NCBI GenBank assembly: GCA_000934665.2
Contig: KZ538952.1
Coordinates: 1 to 39,352 of the forward strand
Length of the DNA: 39,352 nt
Direction: 5' to 3'
Origin: Catajapyx aquilonaris
Taxonomy: Eukaryota
The notes under the pieces were generated by a model. The model ran no database searches. It was not told the DNA's origin and saw only the letters and a list, made by a program, of their open reading frames with translations. This document shows positions 21,393-31,880 of the stretch, piece by piece. Made by a program: the position numbers and the translations under genes. The stretch's first letter is position 1. Each line of letters starts with the position of its first letter.

Positions 21393-21889
21393 TAAGCCTA
21401 TAGTGCAAGGTAAGATACACAATAGGGCATTTTTCCATATTTTTCAGGCAGTGACAGGGGCTTGCTTGCTCGTTCAAAACTACTCACACATGCATATGCT
21501 TGCATTTTGAGTGCACATGCTCACCAGACAACTTGTACAAACAGTGTACAAACTGGAAAAATGTAATTGAAAGTTAACCTGTAATTTATTTGCATATGTG
21601 GGAACAGGATTATGGTAACCCTGAGACAACCTCATTTCATATTGAATTACATATTAAGTAAGGAAAAGGCATGTTTACTCAACATTTTTTACCTGCGGAA
21701 AGTTCAAACATGAGCAATAATGGTAAACGAGCATTAACTCTCACTTGCCTTAAGTTAAGGCATATGTTGCTCCATTCAATTTTGTCACTGCTAGTTACTG
21801 CCAACTTAGCAGTACGATTGCCAACATATGATGTCCAGCAATGGATCGTGAACGGGATCCATTTAAGTGATCCTCACGCGCAACAAGCT

Positions 21890-22880
21890 AACATCAGGTG
21901 GGCAAGAGAAAGAAACTTCTCCATTGACACCATGATAAAATGTGGATTCGTATCCCGACTCGTAGATTTCTTCGAAAATGACGATGAGACAGAGCTGCAA
22001 TTTGAGGCAGCGTTCGCGCTGACCGAAATAGCATCTGGGGCGCACGATCAGACTACGGAGCTCCTGGTGGCAGTGGAAATCATGCTACGGGGCCTGTGAT
22101 GCTGGTGAATGCCATCCAGGCGGCTGCATTTCTCTAAACCAAGAGAACCCACGAGTTGCCGTCGATGTTGATGCTGGCACTTCCCCGCAGTTAATCACTC
22201 TCCTGTCCGGAAGTGACAAGTAAGTATAATGTGTGATGTTTTTGTCCAAGTGCGTAGCTTACATTTGTAATACTGTGTACAGGCCTGAGCTACAATTGAC
22301 AGCAGCTGGGGCATTGGCCACCATAGTGCCAGGGACAGCTCATCATATCAAGTCAGTGGTGGACGAAGGAGCCGTCCCCCACCTGGCTACCGTCTTGAGC
22401 TAGGGTACTGAAGAAATGGGGAAGCATGCTGTCAGGGTCCTAAGATGCATTGCAGGAAGTGGAGCCTATCAGAGGGACATTGTCATCAGCAGTGCTGGGG
22501 TCATCACGCCTCTGCTGGAACAAATCAATAAGCCCACCACTACTGAAAGTCCAGCATAATCTTGAACATCACGATTAACTATTTCTTATGTCCATTGTTA
22601 CCGCCTGAATTCTTGCGCCACATCACCCTGGACTATGGCCACTTTGTGCAGCAATCCGAACCCGTGGCGTCCCTTGAAAACCGTCTCCCAGCTGATTCCC
22701 GGACTTTGCCAACTACTTGACCATTGTACTGACAAGAACGTACTGGGTATGTACCGCTTGTCTTATCCGCTTCATTTAAGTACTTCCTAATGGCATTCTT
22801 TTCTCTTCAGAAAATGCGTGTTTGGCTCTCTCATACATCACTTACGATGCGACCAATGCGAATATCCAGAAGGTGGTCAA
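21890..22880 (+). pseudogene. Importin-alpha (karyopherin alpha)-like armadillo-repeat pseudogene, intron-containing
   Basis: ERNFSIDTMIKCGFVSRLVDFF...LQFEAAFALTEIASGAHDQT; PELQLTAAGALATIVPGTAHHIKSVVDEGAVPHL; FLRHIT/WTMATLCSNPNP; KNVL|ENACLALSYIT...NIQKVV. Introns at 22220-22282 and 22747-22810 (GT-AG), plus a decayed one at ~22545-22602. In-frame stops and frameshifts. Confidence 0.85.
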
Positions 22881-23625
22881 GCCAATCAGCCGATTCGAAC
22901 TACCCACTGACGTCACTGTCGCACCTTCTGGGTTGAGACTAGGCCAAGGAGGCACTGAACCCTGCTCATGTACCAACTTGATAAATTGCAAGTCTGAAAT
23001 TACATACATATGCTACTAACAAAGGTATCATTCAAGACATTCTTGAAGTAATTTTAAAATGCTCCTACTATATAGGGCTACAAATTGTAACTTCTCGGTT
23101 CTTTACTTTATTACTACCTGTTAATACGAGCAGCCATGATGACAATTGGCACAATTTTGGCATAATTTTTTAACAGTGAAAATGACATCCTCTCGGATAT
23201 ACAAGGACTTTGATATGTACAGAGTGTAGTGCAATGCACTGCAGGCCTGCGTTGCAACAGACATGTATGACATGCGGAGGGTCGTGCCGGCAAGTGAATG
23301 GAACATCCCCGATTAACTACCCCCAATTAAGAGCCCATGAATAATTTGCTTGAACTTTATACGAAAATTACATGAGTAATATTACGCAATAAATATTTGT
23401 GTAAAAATCATATTATTATTACAGGTAGGTGTTTCTATCCATCCTCTCTGGATCGTCTCTCTGATTAATTATGAATAGCCAAGGAGTTTGAGTCATTATT
23501 GAGGCCGAACCCGGACAAAAATAATGTCAAGCTGAAAATTTGCAGAGGCTCTGTTTGGCATGCTGAACAACATATCAAAAATCCCCGACAATTCCCTGTC
23601 GGCGTCATGTTTTTTTTTTTCTTGT

Positions 23626-24318
23626 TCAAGAAGTACGTAAGTGACAAGGGTTTCTTCACAATCAGACGTACCGATGATGTGTGGGGCGGGGTATGGTCTT
23701 ATTGAGCAACGCTTGATGCGACATTTGACGTCACGAGGTGTCCTTACTCGTGGTCGTGGCATCACAGACAATACCTTGGCACACTTTGTTCTCAGTTTTC
23801 CTGGAGTCCTTTCACTTTGCAATGCACTGGAACAGTTGACAGGTGTGAGCAGAAACTCACCACAGCAGCACGTAGAGATGAGACTCCCGCCGAAAATCAG
23901 ACAGCCATGATGTGGAAATATTCCGCAAATGGTTTGAGGATCATTCACCTTGAGAAAAAGTTTGAATGTCTTCGATCCATTTCTTCAGGTGTTGTTGGTA
24001 ATGCACGTACTAACTGTGATCAAGCCAGGGATTTAGTCCCCGTTGCTATGAAGGAGATGGTAGGATCAAATTTTGGCAATGTCAACTGCAGTAGGCCGGA
24101 CCTTCCAAGATCTTGCGAAGGTCTTCAATGATCAAAAGTCGACACATTCGCAAGTGCTGGAGAGACTTTTGTAAAAATAATGTACCGCCGTGAAGCGTCT
24201 GCTGGCAGGATCAATGATGACCTGCGCGTCCATAAGTACGAGCGTCACATTGTAACACAACCAGTGGCTGCTGAGTTCGATATGGTAATTTTGCCTCCCA
24301 CGAGCTCAGCTTCGGAAG
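23626..24318 (+). pseudogene. Academ-like transposon protein, internally deleted fragment
   Basis: KGFFTIRRTDDVWGGVWS / IEQRLMRHLTSRGVLTRGRGITD / QQHVEMR-SRRKSD...WFEDHSP / LRSISSGVVG...NC, then a jump to ...KYERHIVTQPVAAEFDMVILPPTS. The last part is paralogous to the 19768 fragment. Confidence 0.7.
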
Positions 24319-24329
24319 CCAGTTTGGTT

Positions 24330-24588
24330 GGTTTGGTTTATTTGGAAGAAGCCAAAGCAACTGTGGCTATCTGGCTGTAAGAAGAAGCAAAGGTGGGACA
24401 GATGGAGAGAGAAACGAAGAGGAAAAAGAAGAGAGGAAAGACTGGCATCTCTCTTAGTCTGTCTCCTATCCCAAAGACCTGTCCGGCTTGGGTGGCCCTA
24501 CCAGTAGACGAAGCTACCGCCGGTATAGCTCTTGGGGTCATGGGAGAAACGCAAACCCCACCACCACGATAAGGTGGAGATACCATCG
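24330..24588 (+). repeat. Inverted copy of 585-847 (Gypsy 3' internal segment, here in element-sense orientation)
   Basis: Direct reverse-complement match over ~260 bp. Confidence 0.85.
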
Positions 24589-25172
24589 GGGGGTCGGAAG
24601 CCAGTCACCGGTCCAAGAAGTGTGCAACAAACACTCCCGAGATGACGCCAACGTCATCATCCATCAATTAACCCCACAGAAGAGGAAACAGTGACACCAC
24701 CACATGTAACCAAGACCCAATCTTCAACCTCCAGCACCTACTACGAGCTGGGATGTCAATAGCCCAACGAAGAAGTTTAATGGAAGACCTGTTTGGTGCT
24801 TGGTCATAGGTCATAGATGATGACAACAAATCGTCGTCCAAGAGAAGAGTTCCAGCTGTTCATGATCACCCTACACCAGATGACTATAAGAAGATCATAC
24901 AACTGCTAACTACGCCAGAGTTCCTGCCGTTCCTGCAGAACCATGACGTAGGACAGCTGTGGGAAAGGAGTAGAAGCCTGTGAAGACCCCTACTCTTTTG
25001 TTTGAAGACAAGAGATGTGTAACGAGAGAAAATCATAGATCCTCATCCGCGGCGGGATTGGCAGAGGATTAGCAACGTATGAGGGTGTCTCCAATGAAGC
25101 GGGAGACATGGGCACGAAGACTTCAAAGAAACATGCCCAGTACATGATCATATTATGTATAGGTATGTACAG

Positions 25173-25250
25173 TACTATATCGCTCAAAAAGATGAGACGA
25201 TTTCGCATTAGGTTTCAATGCAAAATAGTCTATCGTTTTGAGCGATATTA
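25173..25250. mobile_element. ~80-bp hairpin MITE (TA-flanked), copy 1
   Basis: TATATCGCTCAAAAAGATGAGACG...GCATT-loop-AATGCAAAATAGTC...TTTTGAGCGATAT. A second diverged copy lies at 38538-38620. Confidence 0.7.
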
Positions 25251-25984
25251 CATCCCAATTTTTTTAAAGACAAAATGTGCATGTTCTGATAGGCGCCTAA
25301 CCTTTTCGAGCAGTGATGCACATTATTCACATTATCAGTTACTTTTTACATATGCGTGCAAGCGCCATACTCATTCTGTCAGGTGTCCCACATTATGGTG
25401 GCAGCGACTATTATTCGAAGCAGCTGCGAAGGTTCATCTCATTACTGTCACACATGAAAATCAGTGAAATAATGGCCTTATCGCAACAAATCGCGAATTC
25501 TCTTCGTGATTGTCAACCTTGAACATTTATCAGTGTAACGGAATATGCCTAATTTCGCTAGTTTACGCCTGCTGCCAGCAGGGTGCATAGTTGTCCAGAA
25601 AACGCGCTGGCACAATCTCTCCCCGCATGTCACAATCTCCCACCGTTTGACGGTATACTACCTGCTGAGTGCGGGTACATAAACGTGTCACGGGAGACAA
25701 TCCACCAATCTCATGCGGCAGACAACCTCATACAGACCCAACAGCCTTGATTTCATGTTCGGGAAAATGCATGGGGGCAGACAGTTCTCGCCAAGTGTCC
25801 TCTTCCATATTAGATATTCCTAATCGATGTAACGTGAATGGATAGCAATCCCTAGATGGAGGATTTGAGATCTTTTTCGGACAAAAGCTCATGACGCAGT
25901 AACATAGGAAATGTACTTGTAGAAACATGGAAATGTAACTGCGTCCGTAAAATACACTACTAATATTATGAATTAAAATGTTTT

Positions 25985-26610
25985 AGGCTGGAAGCCCGAC
26001 TATTACTGGCTCAGTCCTCAGAGGTGAAGTGGAAAGGACAGGGAAAGGACGAAAGCAGAACACTCATCAAGCCGAGGACCTGTCCAGACCCTTCCGGGGA
26101 GGGCTGCCCAGAGTGCTAGCTGGAGTCTTAGCCCCTTGCTACTTTTTGTATATTGTGGGTATAAGAGGTGCCGAGGCGCCGGGGTGTCAACTCCAGTGAA
26201 AGCTTTGGGGCTTAACCTCTGTGAGGGAGGGAGCCTGACTTGAGATCTAGGTCTTGCTCTTGCAAAACAGCCCTACTCGATACGGCATCAGATAAGTCCG
26301 GGCCTCCTGGTGGGCACCGTGGACTCCACCCTTGGGGCACGGTGAACGCCTGTGTGGGGTCACAGGGCCTAGTGCGCGTGGATTGGTTGCCGGGGCGCTT
26401 GGGTCCCGGTCACCGGCCTCCCACTTGGTCCGGGTGGGGAGTGAGTTCGTGGGGGTCCCGAACACTATTGGGACAGCCCTCACGGACCGACTCAAGCGAC
26501 TGAGGATAGGCAGCCGCGCCCCTTCAGGGCAGAGGGTGGGCTTTAGTTCCATTATATGTCCGTACCTTTTTGATTTGAGTTTATTTGCTTTAAGCCGGGA
26601 ATCCCGTTAA
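25985..26610 (+). mobile_element. GC-rich structured segment upstream of R1 ORF1; probably the 3' end/UTR of a preceding tandem copy (or a long 5' UTR)
   Basis: Starts with GWKPDYY-LAQ-like codons resembling the R1 ORF2 PxYYLTQxLTGHG motif. Has several stems (CACCGTG/CACGGTG, CGCTTGGGTC/GACTCAAGCG, GTTCGTGGGG/CCTCACGGAC) and ends GGGAATCCCGTTAA. Confidence 0.4.
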
Positions 26611-26782
26611 TTGAGTGAGTGGTGTGTGGCGTGAGGCGCACCAAGTGCGCAGATTGTTTGAGGAGTGGAGGAGAAGTCGTGGACGTGTAGTGCGTCCACG
26701 CAAGAGAACTACTGAAACTCGTGGCAGCTGCGCGGGCTGGAGCGTGCAGCGTTGCGGTGCACACAACTCTGTCCGCAGAACC

Positions 26783-28506
26783 ATGGATAAGGATGCTGGG
26801 GGAATCTTCAGGCCACGGAACAGCCTCACCAGGTCGCCTCCAACACCTGGGCAAGGGACACCACCAGCCGTGACCCAGCAGCAAGGAACACAGCGGCAGC
26901 CGCAGGAGAAGCGGAATCCAACAATTGAGGACTTCTTCAGGACCAAGCCGGCGGATGACGGATCCTCCTCTGGACGCATCCTGTCTCTAGAGAGGAAACG
27001 TAAGCACCGCGGCGGCCAGGCCTCTCCCGGCACTACTAAGGAGTCGGAGCCTAAGAGGGGGAAGGACGCAGGGAGCCCCCCTGCCACTCCCCGAGACGCG
27101 GACGCCGCAGCCGCCATCACGCTGCGCTGGAATCCTCTGGCTCGGAGGTGGGCATGGATGAGGAGGAGGGCGGCACTCGGGACGATCTCGTGGATCCGCC
27201 TGGTCTGGTGACGGAGGCGACGGAGGCTTCAATTCAGATCTCGAGGCTGGATCTGAGCTACGCCGGGGGACTTTCGGACTGGGGCACGAGGGAGGCAGCC
27301 ATACGCAGTCGGTTTGACATGTCGGACGAGGGATGGCTGAAGGAGATGGCGGTCCTCGTTGAGCTCGTGAATATGGCTTTATCCAGAGAGGTGAATGGTA
27401 AGGTGTCGGTTACCAGGCAGGACCAGGTTGCTGCCAAAAATGCTCTTCTTAGAATGAAGGATGCCTTTTCTGTGGTGGTTGCTAGGAATCAGTCCCTCAA
27501 GGGAGAGTTGTCTACCATGACGATGGAGAGGGAGATATCGCAGGCCGTCGAATCTGGGAGTAAAGTCCTGACGAGGGAAGTGTCGGAGCTTCGGAGGGAT
27601 CTTGTCACACGAGACCGTGAGGCGGCGTTGGAGGTTCGTCGGCAACAGGCGGCGGGTCACTCGGGCTCCTCTTCATCCTCGACAGCGGTCCCTACATTTG
27701 CCCAGATCGCCAGCAGCAGCTCCGGACGGCAGGCCTTTCCTCCAAGGGCTCCGGTGAGTCCGCAATTCCCGTTAATTGTGGAGGTCGAGGAATTTCGGGC
27801 CCCGAATCCGTATGTGTTTAAATCCATTCTGAGGGACTCGGTTCCGGCCGCGGTAGTCTCCGACGGGTTTAAGGCCATATCGCAGACCAGAGGGGGGTAC
27901 AGGGTCAACTGCAGGACGGCGGCCCAGAAGGATGCTGTGTTACAGGCCTTAGCAGACAAAGGGTTTCAGGTTCGGTCCTCCAACCAGTGGAAGCCCACCA
28001 TTCGTCTTGTCGGCGTGGCTAATGGATTTACAGGTGATACCCTCCTCACGGAACTGGCCGATAGTAACGCTGATGATCTCCGAAGCTTTCGCCCTCTGCA
28101 GCAGCACGTCCGGGTTCTTGGAGCCAGGGAATGGCAGAACGCCCCCCGTCAGAACTGGTTTCTGGAGGTAACACCAGAGCTGCACTGTCATCTGAGGGAG
28201 CTTGGGAGTCTCCGAGCGGCCATGGAGATGTGTGGCCTGGAGGATATGGTAAGGACGCACAGATGCTTCCGATGCTCCGCCTATGGCCACATGGCCAAGT
28301 ACTGCAAAGCCCAGGACCCATGCTGCGGCAGGTGCTCTGGGAAACATGAGGCCAGGGACTGTCGGGAGTCTGTCATTTGCTGCCCTAACTGTAAGATCGA
28401 ACGAGCGGGTGATACTAACCATGGCGCATGGGCCGAGACGTGCCCGGCGTAGCAGCGCAGGAAGGTCCAACTCGCGCGACGCACCGATTATGGTATTCGG
28501 GCTTAA
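26783..28506 (+). pseudogene. R1-clade non-LTR retrotransposon ORF1 (gag-like, three CCHC zinc knuckles)
   Basis: MDKDAGGIFRPRNSLTRSPP N-terminus, frameshift at ~27120-27150, then CFRCSAYGHMAKYC, CGRCSGKHEARDC and CPNC...H...CP. Premature TAG at 28450 precedes the ...RRTDYG end, which overlaps the ORF2 ATG. Confidence 0.9.
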
Positions 28507-30007
28507 GGTAACCCAGTTTAACGCCAGGAGGGGAGTTAACTCCACCTGCCTGGCTATTGAGTGGGGTGCGTCGCGCGGGTTGGACATCCTGTGTATTCAG
28601 GAACCGCACATCCCGAGCGTCAGGCACAAGTTAAATCGGTGGACGCATGTGACCAAGGGGGGCTCGGTAGCATTGATCATTTACATTGGACGCACCACGG
28701 CGGTTAGGTTGACGTCAGTATCCAGTTCCATCATCGGGGCGTTTACGGTCCTCTGCGGGGATCTGGAATTCACATTGGCGAATGTATATCTGCCGTTTTG
28801 GGACGCCCTAGAGGGGGTGGGGGGGGGGGTCTTTCTCAGCTCGCAGGAGTCATGCGCGCCTCTACCTCGATGACTCTGCTGGTTGGAGACTTCAATTCCC
28901 GCCTATCGGCATGGGGGGATTTTCGGGACACCAATAGAGGGAGAGATCTGCTGCAATGGGCGACCGCAGCCGGGCTGCAGTTGGTCAATACGGTTCCTTC
29001 TCCACCGACGTATGACAACAACGGGCGGATTAGCTGGATCGACCTGACGATGCACCGGCGGCTGGAGGTTCGTAATTGGGAGGTCACCAAGGAGGACTTC
29101 GGCAGTGATCACAAGTTTATCCAGTTCGAGGTGATGGGAGGTTGTCCAACCCCGGTCGCCCTGCGCTGGGCATGGTCCCGGGCCCATTGGGAGGAGTTTG
29201 AGTCCCAAGTGGGTGAGTGGGCTGCAGCGCAGGACGATCCGGGGACGTTGGGTCAGGAAGACCTCGATCTACAAGCTTCAGCCTTTCAGGAAGCCTGCAT
29301 GGCCGCCACCGTGGATTGCGTCCCCAGACGGAGCTGCCAGGTAAAGGCCTACTCTTTCTGGTCACCGGAGCTGGCACGATTACGTCGGGAGATGCGTTTC
29401 TGTCGACGTCGGCTCCAGGCCTCCCGGGGGGGCGACCCCGGCATGGAGTCGCTTGAGAGGACCCGCTGGCGGGAGTCGAGGCGCAGTTACAATAAGGCCC
29501 TCCATGACCACAAGGCGGAGAGCTGGAGGAAATATTGCCAGGCTGCTTCAGAGGAGAACCCGTTCACGGTGCCGTATCGGATCCTCCGAGAGACGTTCGG
29601 CAGGACTCTTGAGTCTTCCCGGGGCGACGAGAGTGCGGTCGGGGCGGATCTCGAGGCTCTGGATCGGGAACTCGTCAACCGGTACTTTCCTAAGGACGAC
29701 GGCTCGTGGGACCCCGACGAGTACGAATATGATGGTCCGGAACAGTGGGAGCCACCGATTGCTGCGGTGGAGCTCCAAACAGCTATACGCGAGATGAGCG
29801 GGAATAAGGCGCAAGGGCCCGACGGGCTTCCCTTGATTTGTTTGGGGCACGTTCACAAGGCGGCAGGCCAGTACTGGGCGTCGCTTATTGGTTCGCTTTT
29901 TCGGATCCACCATTTTCCACCGGCCTGGAAGGAGAGCAGGGTCGCTTGGGTTCCAAAGGACAGCGAGGGGGCGGTTAGGCCCATTTGTCTGGCGCCCGCA
30001 CTCGGAA
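28490..30007 (+). pseudogene. R1-clade ORF2: APE endonuclease and start of reverse transcriptase, 3'-truncated
   Basis: LKVTQFN, DILCIQEP, NVYLP (frameshift in the G-run at 28813-28829), LLVGDFNS, PTY, SWIDLTM, SDHKFIQF, FWSPELARLRR, KAQGPDGLP, FPPAWKESRV and VRPICLAPALG. Breaks off before the QG/YADD motifs. Confidence 0.93.
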
Positions 30008-30527
30008 GGGGCAGACCCTCCCATGACAGTGTGTCGAGGATGGCATCTGTCACACAATAATGCAAATATGAATATGCAACTCAAAGTACTTGTCTAATTT
30101 ATTCATCACCAATGTATTCATCACAGGTTCACACCATATGTAAAGCTTATGAGAGCGAAACAGCAGCACCTCTGCTCGTATATGTTCACGTTTAATCAGC
30201 ATGAAATAACTAACCAATACAGATGTTTACTGCCTTCCTAAATTACTTACCATTTGATTTTATATTCCAGTTCGGAAGCGAGCCATGATAATCATAGATT
30301 TGATGCAAATCGAATGTCTATAATGCAAAGTGTCAGCATATTATACGAGGATGAATAATTTTTCCAGTGTCCCGTATTGGGAAGAAACACTACGGTAATT
30401 ATGGCAATATGCCTCCTAGTGCACCAAGAAAAGTATATTATACAAATTCTGTCAGAATTACAATGCAATGCAATTGCAATGATCTTTAGTAAAGAAATGC
30501 CCCCTAAGTTAAGTGATAATGGACACG

Positions 30528-30672
30528 TGACTCGACTAGGATGAGACCACCGTTTGTGAGTGCACATTTCCTAAGTATGTACTGTACACATATTATTATT
30601 GTATATTGGTGTGTACAGTACATACTTAGGAAATGTGCACTCACAAACGGTGGTCTCATCCTAGTCGAGTCA
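30528..30672. repeat. Perfect 63-bp inverted repeat, 19-nt spacer
   Basis: 30528-30590 is the exact reverse complement of 30610-30672. Confidence 0.95.
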
Positions 30673-31719
30673 AATCTTTAGGAAAAATGGCATATTTCAA
30701 CAAATAGTATTGTAGTAGGCCTACTACTCCGATGAACTGACATCAAAGACAGGGAACGACACCATGACACATACATCCCCTTCGCTGCGACACTGGGCAT
30801 AGGAACTACACTACGACCATGTTCCGATTCCAAGAAGGAGGAAGGAAGCCTCAACATTGCGAGCACCAACTTTCAACCCGAGGGACAGGCTCCTCCTTCG
30901 GATGTAATTATCGACTTCAGTGATATTTAAACGCTACATTATCTGTAGGCTGCTTCCAAGAAGAAGAAAAATACAATTCAATTACGCGATGAGCTATTGT
31001 GACGACCTCAAAAGAGGTCTTCTTGTACCGGCAAGATACGTGTAACCGATTATTATCTCTCACAGCCACATGATTCACTTAGAAAAGGAAAGCAAATGAC
31101 CATCCCATACGTGACCAGCAAAATAATTCTTCTTGCAATTGGCTAAGTGACACTTACTGAACTCTCCATGAGCAATTTAATTTGCAGCAAGCCTGCGAAT
31201 CCAGAATGGAACCATACGTACGATGCCTTACAGACTGGTTTTCGACAAAAAGGCACACTTCTACAAGTAGACGACTCGACCACTAATATGGAATCCCTGG
31301 AACACACTTCAGCAGGGACAGGCTGCCTCTTGGGATGCAAGAATAGGATCGTGAGTGAATGATACATATGGGTATGACTGCTTCCAAGCTGAAGAAAAAT
31401 ATATCATTCATAATATAACCACCATCAGTGAAAGCTCCCAAGACGTTCATTATAATATGTTCCATTCACCCATTCTATAGTACAGATATCAAAATGACAA
31501 GAATGTAGTAGCTTCCTTTAATCGTAATGAAAAACTCCCATTGACTATCCACTGGAAAACAATTTTTGTAGTGACCTGGCAACCGGGATGTTATCTGTTG
31601 CCCATGTTGCCAGACCAGGGGTTCAGTATTGAAAAACTCCCATCGACTATTTAACAAAAAGCCATTTTTCGCAGCATCTGATGATGTGAACATGGAAGAA
31701 ACCACAACGCCCATTTTAG

Positions 31720-31880
31720 TCAGACGCAGACGCAGGAAAAACTGGTGTCTGTCCACCGAGGCCCTCATACCAACCCAAACCAGAAAAATACCACTCATTG
31801 CGGCATACAGGGTCCTAAGGGACGAACTCAGAGCAGGACGCAAAGGCCGCTGGAACTCATTCCTGCAGAGACGTCCCATT
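31720..31880 (+). pseudogene. Possible short fragment of a non-LTR ORF2 linker (between APE and RT)
   Basis: RRRRRKNW...IAAYRVLRDELRAGRKGRWNSFLQ resembles the linker pattern Y..L...I...K...W..F. It is a GC-richer island within an AT-rich region. Confidence 0.3.

Noticed and set aside
26395..26505. HDV-like ribozyme in the segment upstream of R1 (GCC-TCCCACTT-GGT loop, GG for P1.1, long P4-like stem)
   Set aside because: P2 is mismatched and not adjacent to P3, P1 needs three G-U pairs, and J4/2 is atypical. A simpler nested fold closed by CGCTTGGGTC/GACTCAAGCG explains the sequence. An Infernal or RNArobo search would settle it.
26552..30084. Several long minus-strand ORFs over the R1 element
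   Set aside because: Antisense shadows of GC-rich coding sequence, with no domains.
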